A model generated the notes under the pieces. That model worked only from the letters and a program-made list of their open reading frames with translations. It was not told the DNA's origin and searched no databases. From contig CAKZTQ010000039.1 of assembly GCA_937921735.1 (NCBI GenBank), positions 1 through 29,841 on the forward strand: a DNA stretch of 29,841 nt. The letters run 5' to 3'. The stretch comes from an uncultured archaeon (lineage in GTDB: Archaea > Hadarchaeota > Hadarchaeia > Hadarchaeales > Hadarchaeaceae). Shown in pieces: positions 17,044-24,254 of the stretch (its first letter is position 1; each line of letters starts with the position of its first letter). A program made the position numbers and the translations under genes.

Positions 17044-18060
17044 TTGGCGATAACGGTAAAGTTCTTCGCCAGCTTTAGGGAAGCCACCGGGAAAGAACAG
17101 GAGACCATAGAGGGAGCAGCTAATGTGGCATCGCTGCTCGAGCAGCTGACGAGAAGATTTGGGGATAAACTAAGTAGATTACTCTACGAGCCGGGCACGA
17201 ACAAACTGCGCGATACCGTCAATATCCTCGTAAACGGTCGGGGGATAAACCTATTGAGCGGGTTACGGACCGAACTGAAAGACGGCGACGTGGTGGCGAT
17301 CTTCCCGCCGGTTTCCGGAGGGGCGGCATTGACACCGGAGGAACTGGAGCGGTACAACCGCCAAATCATCATCTCGGGCTTCGAGAAACGGGGACAGCGA
17401 AAACTGAAGAGGGCACGAGTGCTCGTGGCCGGGCTGGGCGGCCTCGGCAGCCCGGCCTCCGCTTATTTGGTCGCGGCTGGCGTTGGGCACCTCACCATCC
17501 TAGATGCCGAGCAGGTGGAGCTGAGCAACCTCAACAGGCAGATACTGCACTGGAGCTCAGACGTGGGAAGACCGAAAGCAGCGTCGGCGATCGAGAAGTT
17601 ATCTAAGATGAACCCAAACGTGGAGCTGGAGGGCAGGCCGGAGGCGGTGACACGGGAAAACGCGGACGAGCTCGTGGAAAGCGTCGACGTGGTCATAGAT
17701 GGCATGGACAATTACCACGCCCGCTACTTACTGAACGAGGCCTGCGTGCGAAGGCAAGTCCCGTTCATCCACGGCGCCGTTGAGGGCTTCGTGGGCCAAA
17801 TGACCACTATCATACCCGGCGAAGGACCGTGCCTCAGGTGTATTTTCCCTAAGGAGCCGCCCTCGGCGCAGGTCCGTCCGGTCTTGGGCCCAACGCCGGG
17901 GGTGATGGGCTGCCTCCAAGCGATGGAGGCCATCAAGCTCATCGTGGGCATAGGAAAGCCGCTCGTGGGGCAGATGCTGCTCTTCGATGGCGGGGAAATG
18001 GTATTCGACTTCATCCAAGTCCGCAGGGACCCTAACTGCCCGACCTGCGGGGATGTTTGA
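17044..18060 (+). CDS. In-frame fusion of a SAMP/MoaD ubiquitin-like domain (..IFPPVSGG) and a ThiF/MoeB/UbaA E1-like adenylyltransferase
   Basis: TTG at 17044 follows GGGGTGA. ITVKFFASFRE...VNILVNG...LKDGDVVAIFPPVSGG continues without a stop into RYNRQ, GLGGLG, SNLNRQ, DGMDN, CLRC and CPTC. Confidence 0.92.
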   Translation: MAITVKFFASFREATGKEQETIEGAANVASLLEQLTRRFGDKLSRLLYEPGTNKLRDTVNILVNGRGINLLSGLRTELKDGDVVAIFPPVSGGAALTPEELERYNRQIIISGFEKRGQRKLKRARVLVAGLGGLGSPASAYLVAAGVGHLTILDAEQVELSNLNRQILHWSSDVGRPKAASAIEKLSKMNPNVELEGRPEAVTRENADELVESVDVVIDGMDNYHARYLLNEACVRRQVPFIHGAVEGFVGQMTTIIPGEGPCLRCIFPKEPPSAQVRPVLGPTPGVMGCLQAMEAIKLIVGIGKPLVGQMLLFDGGEMVFDFIQVRRDPNCPTCGDV

Positions 18061-18106
18061 CGGAAAAGATTTAGTAGGCCACCCTAGTCCTTTAATGGGC
18101 ATCGAA

Positions 18107-18532
18107 ATGGTAAACGTCGGCATCCATCGCAAGGGGGAGGTCGACTTCTCCAAGCTGCTAGAGGAGCTGAGGAGGGACCTCCCGAGCGATGTGGGCGCGA
18201 TCGGCTGTTTCATAGGCGTCGTCCGCGGCACCTCGAGCACAGGGACGGTGAGGTGTCTTCACTACGAATGCTCGGATGAGGCCGAGAGGAAGATCGAACA
18301 AATCGCTGCTGAGGTGGAGAGGGAACCCAACATCTCGCGGGTGATGATCCATCACATCGTTGATGACCTCTCGCCAGGCGAGGATGCCATTTACGTGCTA
18401 GTGGCCGGAAGGCACAGGGGGGAGGTCTTCTCCGCCCTCTCGAAGATCGTGTATAGGGTGAAAACCGAGGTGCCGATTTGGAAGAAGGAGATCACCGAAG
18501 GCGGGGAGCGCTGGGTCCACGAGGTCGAATGA
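18107..18532 (+). CDS. moaE: Molybdopterin synthase catalytic subunit MoaE
   Basis: GAI..FIGVVR, L.YE, H....L.PGE, HR...F, K..VPIWKKE....ERWV. Confidence 0.9.
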   Translation: MVNVGIHRKGEVDFSKLLEELRRDLPSDVGAIGCFIGVVRGTSSTGTVRCLHYECSDEAERKIEQIAAEVEREPNISRVMIHHIVDDLSPGEDAIYVLVAGRHRGEVFSALSKIVYRVKTEVPIWKKEITEGGERWVHEVE

Positions 18533-18533
18533 G

Positions 18534-19601
18534 TTGCGCCAAGTCGTCGAAACCCGCTACGGCTCGCTGCTGCTGGGCGAGATGCCCAAGGGTTGCAAGC
18601 TCTGCATCAAGGGCGCCAAGCTCGTGCTCTTCGTCACCGGACTTTGCGACCGGGGCTGTTTTTACTGCCCGCTGTCCGAGAGGCGCAGGAGGAAAGACGT
18701 CGTCTACGCGAACGAGCGCCCAGTTAGGTCGCAGCGGGACATAATCGAGGAAGCCAAGCTCATAGATGCCCTCGGCACGGGTTTGACGGGAGGCGACCCC
18801 GCGGTGAGGTTCGAGCGCGCCCTGCGCTACCTTCGGCTCCTTAAGCGAGCGTTCGGCAAGCGCCACCACGTCCACATGTACGTCGGCCGCCAGCTCTCGT
18901 CGAGGCAGCTGCTCAGGTTGCGACGGGCTGGGCTAGACGAGCTCAGATTTCACACTTGGTCGGCAGAACCGGTCGAGTTGGCGCTAGATGCTGGGTTGAA
19001 CGCGGGAGTCGAGATCCCTGCCATACCTGGTGAATTCCGGAGGATCGTGATGCTGCTCCGAGAGCTCGACCGCATCGGTTGCCCTTTCGTTAACCTGAAC
19101 GAGCTGGAGTTCTCGGATACCAACCTGCGTGCGCTCAAGGTGAGGGGCTTCGACATCAAGTCGGATGAGTCGATGGCGGTGAAGGGCAGCGAGGAGCTCG
19201 CGCGGAAGGTGCTCGAGTGGGCCCGAGGCACCGACCTCAACATCCACTATTGCCCCAGCGCCCTCAAGGATGGAGTACAGCTACGCAACCGGTTGAAGCG
19301 GAGGGCCAGAAACGTGGCTAAGCCTTACGATGTCATCACCGAGGACGGCTTGTTGGTAAAGGGGATCGCCTACGATATACCGCCGTCGAAGCTAGCGGAG
19401 GTGCGGAGGAGGTTGATGAGGGACTACGATATCCCCGGCGACCTGATAGCGGTCGACAGACAGAAGCAAAGGCTGGAAATGGCTTGGCACGTTGCGGAAG
19501 GGCTGGCCAAGTTAGAACCGAGCATGAAATTTGCACTCGTCGAGGAATACCCGACGTACGATCGCCTAGAAACTACCTTCGTGCCCCTCCATACCAACTA
19601 A
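18534..19601 (+). CDS. Uncharacterised archaeal radical SAM protein (COG2108-like)
   Basis: GCKLC..GAKLVLFVTG, CDRGCFYC (CxxxCxxC), TGGDP, GLDELRFH, NLNELE.S. Confidence 0.88.
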   Translation: MRQVVETRYGSLLLGEMPKGCKLCIKGAKLVLFVTGLCDRGCFYCPLSERRRRKDVVYANERPVRSQRDIIEEAKLIDALGTGLTGGDPAVRFERALRYLRLLKRAFGKRHHVHMYVGRQLSSRQLLRLRRAGLDELRFHTWSAEPVELALDAGLNAGVEIPAIPGEFRRIVMLLRELDRIGCPFVNLNELEFSDTNLRALKVRGFDIKSDESMAVKGSEELARKVLEWARGTDLNIHYCPSALKDGVQLRNRLKRRARNVAKPYDVITEDGLLVKGIAYDIPPSKLAEVRRRLMRDYDIPGDLIAVDRQKQRLEMAWHVAEGLAKLEPSMKFALVEEYPTYDRLETTFVPLHTN

Positions 19602-20149
19602 AGGCGGATGTTTTTGTTCAAGCCCGAGGACTTGTACATCTCAGCCAGCTTGGCGTAATTTTCCGCTTGTATCCTGATCTTTTCTATCTCCTCGTCGGTC
19701 AGCTTCCGCAAGGGCCTGGCCGGGATGCCTATGACAATGGTACGCGGCGGAACCCTGACGTCGGCGAGGACCACCGCCCCCATGCCGACGAGAGAACCCT
19801 TCCCCACCCTCGCGCCATTGAACACTATCGAACCCGCGCCCACAATGCAGTTGTCGGCCACCGAGCAACCGTGCAAAAGGGCACCATGGCCAACCACCAC
19901 GTAATTGCCGACCTTGACCCTTAGATATTTGGTCCTGCCACCATATACATCGGCCGCGTGGATGACGGCGTTGTCCTGCACACAAGTGTAGTTGCCTATT
20001 CTGATGCGTCCGAAGTCACCCCTGACGACCGCCCCCGGCCAGACGCTCGAGTGCTCACCTATCTCGACGTCGCCTATCACCACGGCACTCGGATGCACGA
20101 AAGCCGTCTCGTGAACGCGCGGCCTTTTTCCGTCAAACTCCTGCAGCAA
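19598..20149 (-). CDS. Gamma-carbonic anhydrase family hexapeptide-repeat protein
   Basis: AFVHPSAVVIGDV.IG, VVRGD, QDNAVIH, VGH..LLHGC. Confidence 0.92.
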   Translation of the reverse strand: MLQEFDGKRPRVHETAFVHPSAVVIGDVEIGEHSSVWPGAVVRGDFGRIRIGNYTCVQDNAVIHAADVYGGRTKYLRVKVGNYVVVGHGALLHGCSVADNCIVGAGSIVFNGARVGKGSLVGMGAVVLADVRVPPRTIVIGIPARPLRKLTDEEIEKIRIQAENYAKLAEMYKSSGLNKNIRL

Positions 20150-20378
20150 CGCCTACATCCTCCGTGCCCGCTGGCTTCTTCGTCCTAACGAGCACGATAT
20201 CGCCGATGGCCATGATGCTGCTGTACGGTATCGAAGCCACCTTGCCCTCTCTCCTCCCGAAGGCGAGACCGACGATCGCGCCCTCTTTATCATCTATGAC
20301 GACGTCCTCGACCGCGCCCACGTAGCGCGCCTTATCGCTGTAAATGCGCATGCCGTAGTACTCGGATATCCTCTTCAC
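20133..20378 (-). CDS. PRC-barrel domain protein
   Basis: YGMRIYSD...YVG.VEDVVID, IPY..I.AIGDIVLV. Confidence 0.88.
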   Translation of the reverse strand: MKRISEYYGMRIYSDKARYVGAVEDVVIDDKEGAIVGLAFGRREGKVASIPYSSIMAIGDIVLVRTKKPAGTEDVGVAAGV

Positions 20379-20522
20379 CTAACCACCCCCGATGGCTCGC
20401 CACCCTCATCGATCGTGAGCCGCGCGATAGCTATTCGGATGGGTGGCTTATTATTCTTTCGGGTCACTAGCGGAACAAACTTAAGGGCTTCGGCTAAGAT
20501 TTCCTCGGAGTTGGTGGTTCAA

Positions 20523-21182
20523 GTGGCTCGCCCTTACGTCATCCTCAATGCGGCGATGACGCTCGATGGCAAGATCGCCACCGTTGCCGGCGATAGCAGG
20601 ATCTCCTGTGAGGAGGACTTGGATAGGATCCACGAGCTCCGCGCCAGCGTCGACGCGGTCATGGTGGGCGTGGGCACGGTGCTCGCCGACGATCCCTCGC
20701 TAACCGTTAGGCGCGTATGCGGAAAGAACCCCATCAGGGTCGTAGTCGACAGCCTAGCGAAGACCCCCTCCGACGCCAAGGTCCTAGACTCCTCGGCGCG
20801 GACGATCGTAGCGGTGAGTAAGAGGGCCGCCGAGGAGGACATCGAGAGGCTCAGGAGGAAAGGGGCCTTGGTCATGATCGGCGGCGAGGAGGAAGTGAAC
20901 CTGCCCAAGCTGCTCGAGGAGCTGCACGCGATGGGGGTGCGCAAGCTCCTGCTGGAGGGTGGCTCCACCCTGAACTGGAGCATGTTGAGGGAAGGTTTGG
21001 TCGACGAGGTTCGGGTCGCGATCGCCCCCCGCATCGTCGGCGGCGAGGCGGCCAGAACCCTAGTCGGCGGAGCTGGTTTTAGGAGCGTCTCAGAGGGGAT
21101 CGAGCTCGAGCTCGTCAGCGTCGACCGCGTGGGAACGGACCTTTTACTTACGTATCGCGTGAAGGGGTGCGGAGATGCTTAG
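20523..21182 (+). CDS. 2,5-diamino-6-ribosylamino-4(3H)-pyrimidinone 5'-phosphate reductase (archaeal RibD C-terminal type)
   Basis: RPYVILNAAMTLDGKIA, DAVMVG.GTVLADDPSL, LLEGG; GTG at 20523. Confidence 0.92.
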   Translation: MARPYVILNAAMTLDGKIATVAGDSRISCEEDLDRIHELRASVDAVMVGVGTVLADDPSLTVRRVCGKNPIRVVVDSLAKTPSDAKVLDSSARTIVAVSKRAAEEDIERLRRKGALVMIGGEEEVNLPKLLEELHAMGVRKLLLEGGSTLNWSMLREGLVDEVRVAIAPRIVGGEAARTLVGGAGFRSVSEGIELELVSVDRVGTDLLLTYRVKGCGDA

Positions 21183-21894
21183 AAAGCTCCACGAGCGCTT
21201 GATCTTGGTCGGGGTCGCTCATATCTTGCCCGAAAGCAAGGCGGAGGTAGAGCAGGCGATAGTTGAGGAACAACCGGACGTGGTGGCGGTGGAGCTCTGC
21301 CCAGCTCGCTACCACGCGTTATTGCACGGCGGCGAAGGGGCCAGCGCTCTCAACGCGCTTCGCGCGCGGAGGTTCGGGCTTTTCGCGCTCAACAAATTGT
21401 TGTACTTCCTTCAGAATAGGTTGGCAAAGCAGACCGGCATGCCAGCTGGAAACGAGATGCTGACAGCCATCGAGCGGGCGAGAGAGGTCGGCGCCAAGGT
21501 GGAGTTCATAGATCGCGACATCGACATCACTCTTCAGAGGTTGATCGCTCGGACGGGGAGAGTGGAGAAACTTAGACTTCTCGCCGAGCTCCTGCTCGGA
21601 TTGATGCCGCTCGGCGCGCGCGTGGACCTTAGCAAGATGACGGAGGAGGAGGTCCTGTTGCGGGCGCTCTCTTCCCTCAAGCACGCCTCACCGACCGCCT
21701 ACGAGGTGTTGATCGAGGAGCGCAACGACTACATGGCGAATAGGATCGTCGAATTGCTGGCGCTGGCCAAGGGCAAGATCCTGTGTGTGGTGGGTGCCGG
21801 ACACCTGCCTGGACTATGTCAAAGGCTGAAGGACCAACGCTGGGGTTGGTGGGGGGTATCGATGGGTTATGAAATCGGGTCAGGAACGGCCTAA
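21175..21894 (+). CDS. TraB/PrgY (TIKI-like) family protein
   Basis: LVGVAH, VAVELC..R, G.EM, IDRDI, LI.ERN, VVGAGH. Confidence 0.88.
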   Translation: MLRKLHERLILVGVAHILPESKAEVEQAIVEEQPDVVAVELCPARYHALLHGGEGASALNALRARRFGLFALNKLLYFLQNRLAKQTGMPAGNEMLTAIERAREVGAKVEFIDRDIDITLQRLIARTGRVEKLRLLAELLLGLMPLGARVDLSKMTEEEVLLRALSSLKHASPTAYEVLIEERNDYMANRIVELLALAKGKILCVVGAGHLPGLCQRLKDQRWGWWGVSMGYEIGSGTA

Positions 21895-21957
21895 GGCAGA
21901 CTCGACAAAAAAATTTTTAAACATTCGCCGTAAAGCCCAGAACAGGAGTTGTGTCGC

Positions 21958-22152
21958 GTGGATGAGAAAACCATAAACCAATTGAAGGCGATGCTGAACG
22001 TCAAAATAGACAGGATCGAGGAGCAGGGTGACCAACTTATAGTATATGTGCCTAAGGATCAAGTCGCGAAGGCAATAGGCTCAGGCGGCTGCGTCGCCCG
22101 CTCGGCGGAACTCGTGCTGAAGCGAAAGCTCACGATCAAAGAATCGGTTTAG
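21958..22152 (+). CDS. Small single-KH-domain (NusA-like) protein
   Basis: IVYVP..QVAKAIGSGG (GxxG loop) in a 64-aa ORF. Confidence 0.7.
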   Translation: MDEKTINQLKAMLNVKIDRIEEQGDQLIVYVPKDQVAKAIGSGGCVARSAELVLKRKLTIKESV

Positions 22153-22212
22153 CGGCCTTTTGCATCCAAACGCTTTAAAACTATCCCGCATAAAGAAGGA
22201 TGAGGTGGGTAG

Positions 22213-22446
22213 TTGGCACAGGCATACGTCTTCGTGACCGCGGCCATAGGTAAGGTCAAACAGGTGGCCAAGGAGTTGGAGCGTTTGCCCGGGGTGAAGT
22301 CGGTACACGTCGTCACTGGACCCTATGACATAGTCGTCTTCCTCGAGGCGAAGGACCTGACCAAGCTTACGGATACCGTGGTCGAGAGCATCCACAAGAT
22401 CAAGGGCGTCGTGGACACGAACACGGCGATCGTGGTCGAAGTTTAG
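22213..22446 (+). CDS. Stand-alone Lrp/AsnC ligand-binding (RAM) domain protein
   Basis: AYVFV...GV..VHVVTGPYDIVV...I..I.GV.DT.T with no HTH. Confidence 0.9.
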   Translation: MAQAYVFVTAAIGKVKQVAKELERLPGVKSVHVVTGPYDIVVFLEAKDLTKLTDTVVESIHKIKGVVDTNTAIVVEV

Positions 22447-22452
22447 TTCAAG

Positions 22453-22579
22453 TGGTAGCCCCGCCCGGAATTTCGTCGAGCGATTTCGAACCGGGGTCGG
22501 CGGATCCAGATTGCGGCCCAGGGGGTGTCCGCCAGGATTGACCATTGGGCCCGACTTTGTCGGCCTACCCCACGGGGCT
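22453..22579 (-). tRNA. tRNA-Gln(CUG) with three BHB introns (15/16, 32/33, 59/60) and encoded CCA
   Basis: Removing 22545-22564, 22511-22526 and 22470-22484 gives a 76-nt cloverleaf: AGCCCCG TG GGGT AGTGGTCAA TCCT G GCGGA CTCTGGA TCCGC CGAC CCCGG TTCGAAT CCGGG CGGGGCT ACCA. Confidence 0.93.
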
Positions 22580-22605
22580 ACCGATAGAGATATTTTGTGG
22601 CGACG

Positions 22606-22612
22606 ATTTAAA
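22606..22612 (-). promoter_or_regulatory. Probable TATA box of tRNA-Gln(CUG)
   Basis: TTTAAAT on the minus strand, 27-33 nt upstream of tRNA position 1. Confidence 0.5.
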
Positions 22613-22628
22613 CCTGCCCCAAGCGTAG

Positions 22629-23057
22629 TTAGACGGGAGCTACCTCGACCCTTCGCCCGTGCAGATAAAGGGCGAGCTGGCCGAACAAATAGCCCAACAA
22701 GAGGAGCAGATAAGCGAGCAAGTTGGAGAAGAAGGTAGCGGGACTCATGCCGTAGGGCGGCTCTCCGACCACTTTCCTAACTACCTCGGGCAACCACTTC
22801 AGGAACAGGTAAAACACGTTCATGAAGGGAAACGCACCGATGTGGGTCAAGAGCGCGAGCCTTGGGTTCATGCTGAAGATCAAGAATAGGACCAATACAC
22901 CCAAGGCGAGCAGGATATAGCTCGCGTAGAATAAAACTTTGAGGTCAGGCCTCAGGATGGGCATGTTTACGTTCAAGATAAAATAGAACAGGGCCAGAAG
23001 GAACACGAAGGCGACGTCGATGGAGAGCTGAGGTTTTAGCTTCTCGTACCTCATCAT
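22629..23057 (-). CDS. Hypothetical membrane protein (~4 TM)
   Basis: Four long hydrophobic segments; no family recognised. Confidence 0.75.
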   Translation of the reverse strand: MMRYEKLKPQLSIDVAFVFLLALFYFILNVNMPILRPDLKVLFYASYILLALGVLVLFLIFSMNPRLALLTHIGAFPFMNVFYLFLKWLPEVVRKVVGEPPYGMSPATFFSNLLAYLLLLLGYLFGQLALYLHGRRVEVAPV

Positions 23058-23107
23058 GGAATCCTAGTTTTAAGACAAGCGGCGATGATTTAAATAAGTG
23101 ACCGCCT

Positions 23108-23791
23108 ATGCCCCGGAAGAAGCTGATGGATAGGCTCAGCGTACATCGCCCCAAATTGCCGAGCGTAAAGGGCCTGCTCGCGGCGGCTTTTTTGATCGGC
23201 CTATGCTTGGGCGCGGCGCTGGCCTCTGGCTGGTACGCCTCGAGACCTCCTCTGGAGCTGGCGGAGGGGGAAGTATACGCTCGACCGATCGCGGTGGTCG
23301 GGGTGCTCAAGGATAGCAGGGAAGGAAAGCTGGCGAAGTTGACGGTCGAGCTACGATCGGGAAGAGGACGTATGCTCATCGCCGTGCCACCCTATGAAAA
23401 CGAGGATACTCAAAGGTCCGCGATCGCCGCCAAGCGAGCGGCAGAGCAGCTGACAGGCCTCGACCTCGCCCTCGTGGACGTAGTATTTTCCATGCAAGCA
23501 GACGTGGAGTTCATCGCTGGACCTTCAGCGGGGGGAGCGATGGCCGCAGCACTGGTAGCGGCGATGGAGAATAAGTGGGTGAGGGAGGATGCCGTCGTCA
23601 GCGCCACCATCGATGAGCTCGGCAGGCTAGGGCCCGTTGGGGACATCGAGCTAAAGATACGCGCCGCAAGGGATGCCGGATTTAAGCTCTTCATCGTCGC
23701 GGCCAACCAATCGGGAGTGCCCACGATGGCTGGGATAGAAATAAAGCGAGCTCGGAACCTCAGGGAACTGGTGGGGCTGGTCTTGATTTAG
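23108..23791 (+). CDS. Membrane-anchored Lon-like (S16) serine protease domain protein without an ATPase domain
   Basis: N-terminal TM segment, GPSAG catalytic Ser, PVGDIELK catalytic Lys. Confidence 0.85.
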   Translation: MPRKKLMDRLSVHRPKLPSVKGLLAAAFLIGLCLGAALASGWYASRPPLELAEGEVYARPIAVVGVLKDSREGKLAKLTVELRSGRGRMLIAVPPYENEDTQRSAIAAKRAAEQLTGLDLALVDVVFSMQADVEFIAGPSAGGAMAAALVAAMENKWVREDAVVSATIDELGRLGPVGDIELKIRAARDAGFKLFIVAANQSGVPTMAGIEIKRARNLRELVGLVLI

Positions 23792-23800
23792 GCGGTAAGT

Positions 23801-23983
23801 TCAACCGCCAGCTAACCTCGCTTGATGTCTCTTGAGCTCCAAGTAGTCGGTCAACACTAGCGCCCCTTGGATTATCAGGAACAACCCCACGATCCACCGA
23901 AGGAGATCAGGAAAAATTATGACCAGCAGTCCGAAGATGATGCAGATCGCCGCTAGGGCCGGCTTGGAAATCGTTACCCCCAT
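23801..23983 (-). CDS. Small two-TM protein (DUF3096-like)
   Basis: IIFGLLVIIFPDLLRWIVGLFLII.G; ATG at 23983 chosen because the longer ORF start lies inside the tRNA. Confidence 0.7.
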   Translation of the reverse strand: MGVTISKPALAAICIIFGLLVIIFPDLLRWIVGLFLIIQGALVLTDYLELKRHQARLAGG

Positions 23984-24034
23984 TTCCCTCAGCCCCTTTT
24001 CCACCACGGCCACTTCCTCACCCCGCTCCTCTAA

Positions 24035-24130
24035 TGGTAGCCCCGGCCGGATTCGAACCGGCGTCGCGGGCTCCAAAGGCCCGCAGGATTGACCATTGGG
24101 CCCGACTTGGTCGGCCTACCCCACGGGGCT
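24035..24130 (-). tRNA. tRNA-Gln(UUG) with one BHB intron at 15/16 and encoded CCA
   Basis: Removing 24096-24115 gives 76 nt: AGCCCCG TG GGGT AGTGGTCAA TCCT G CGGGC CTTTGGA GCCCG CGAC GCCGG TTCGAAT CCGGC CGGGGCT ACCA. Confidence 0.95.
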
Positions 24131-24254
24131 ACCTATATTAAATAGCCTCCATCCCCTAAAAAAACTCGGGCCCCTCGAGCGAGCTTGAGCTTCGTCGCGC
24201 CTTCGAACCTAAATTTACTTAAACCGGCGGGCGCAAGTGGTACCGAGGACCGAA

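Noticed and set aside
22580-24034. Integrated element between tRNA direct repeats (attL/attR)
   Set aside because: Both copies are complete tRNAs with different anticodons, and there is no integrase or other mobile gene between them.
23984-24076. N-terminal extension of ORF 23801-24076
   Set aside because: It starts inside tRNA-Gln(UUG); ATG at 23983 is the plausible start.
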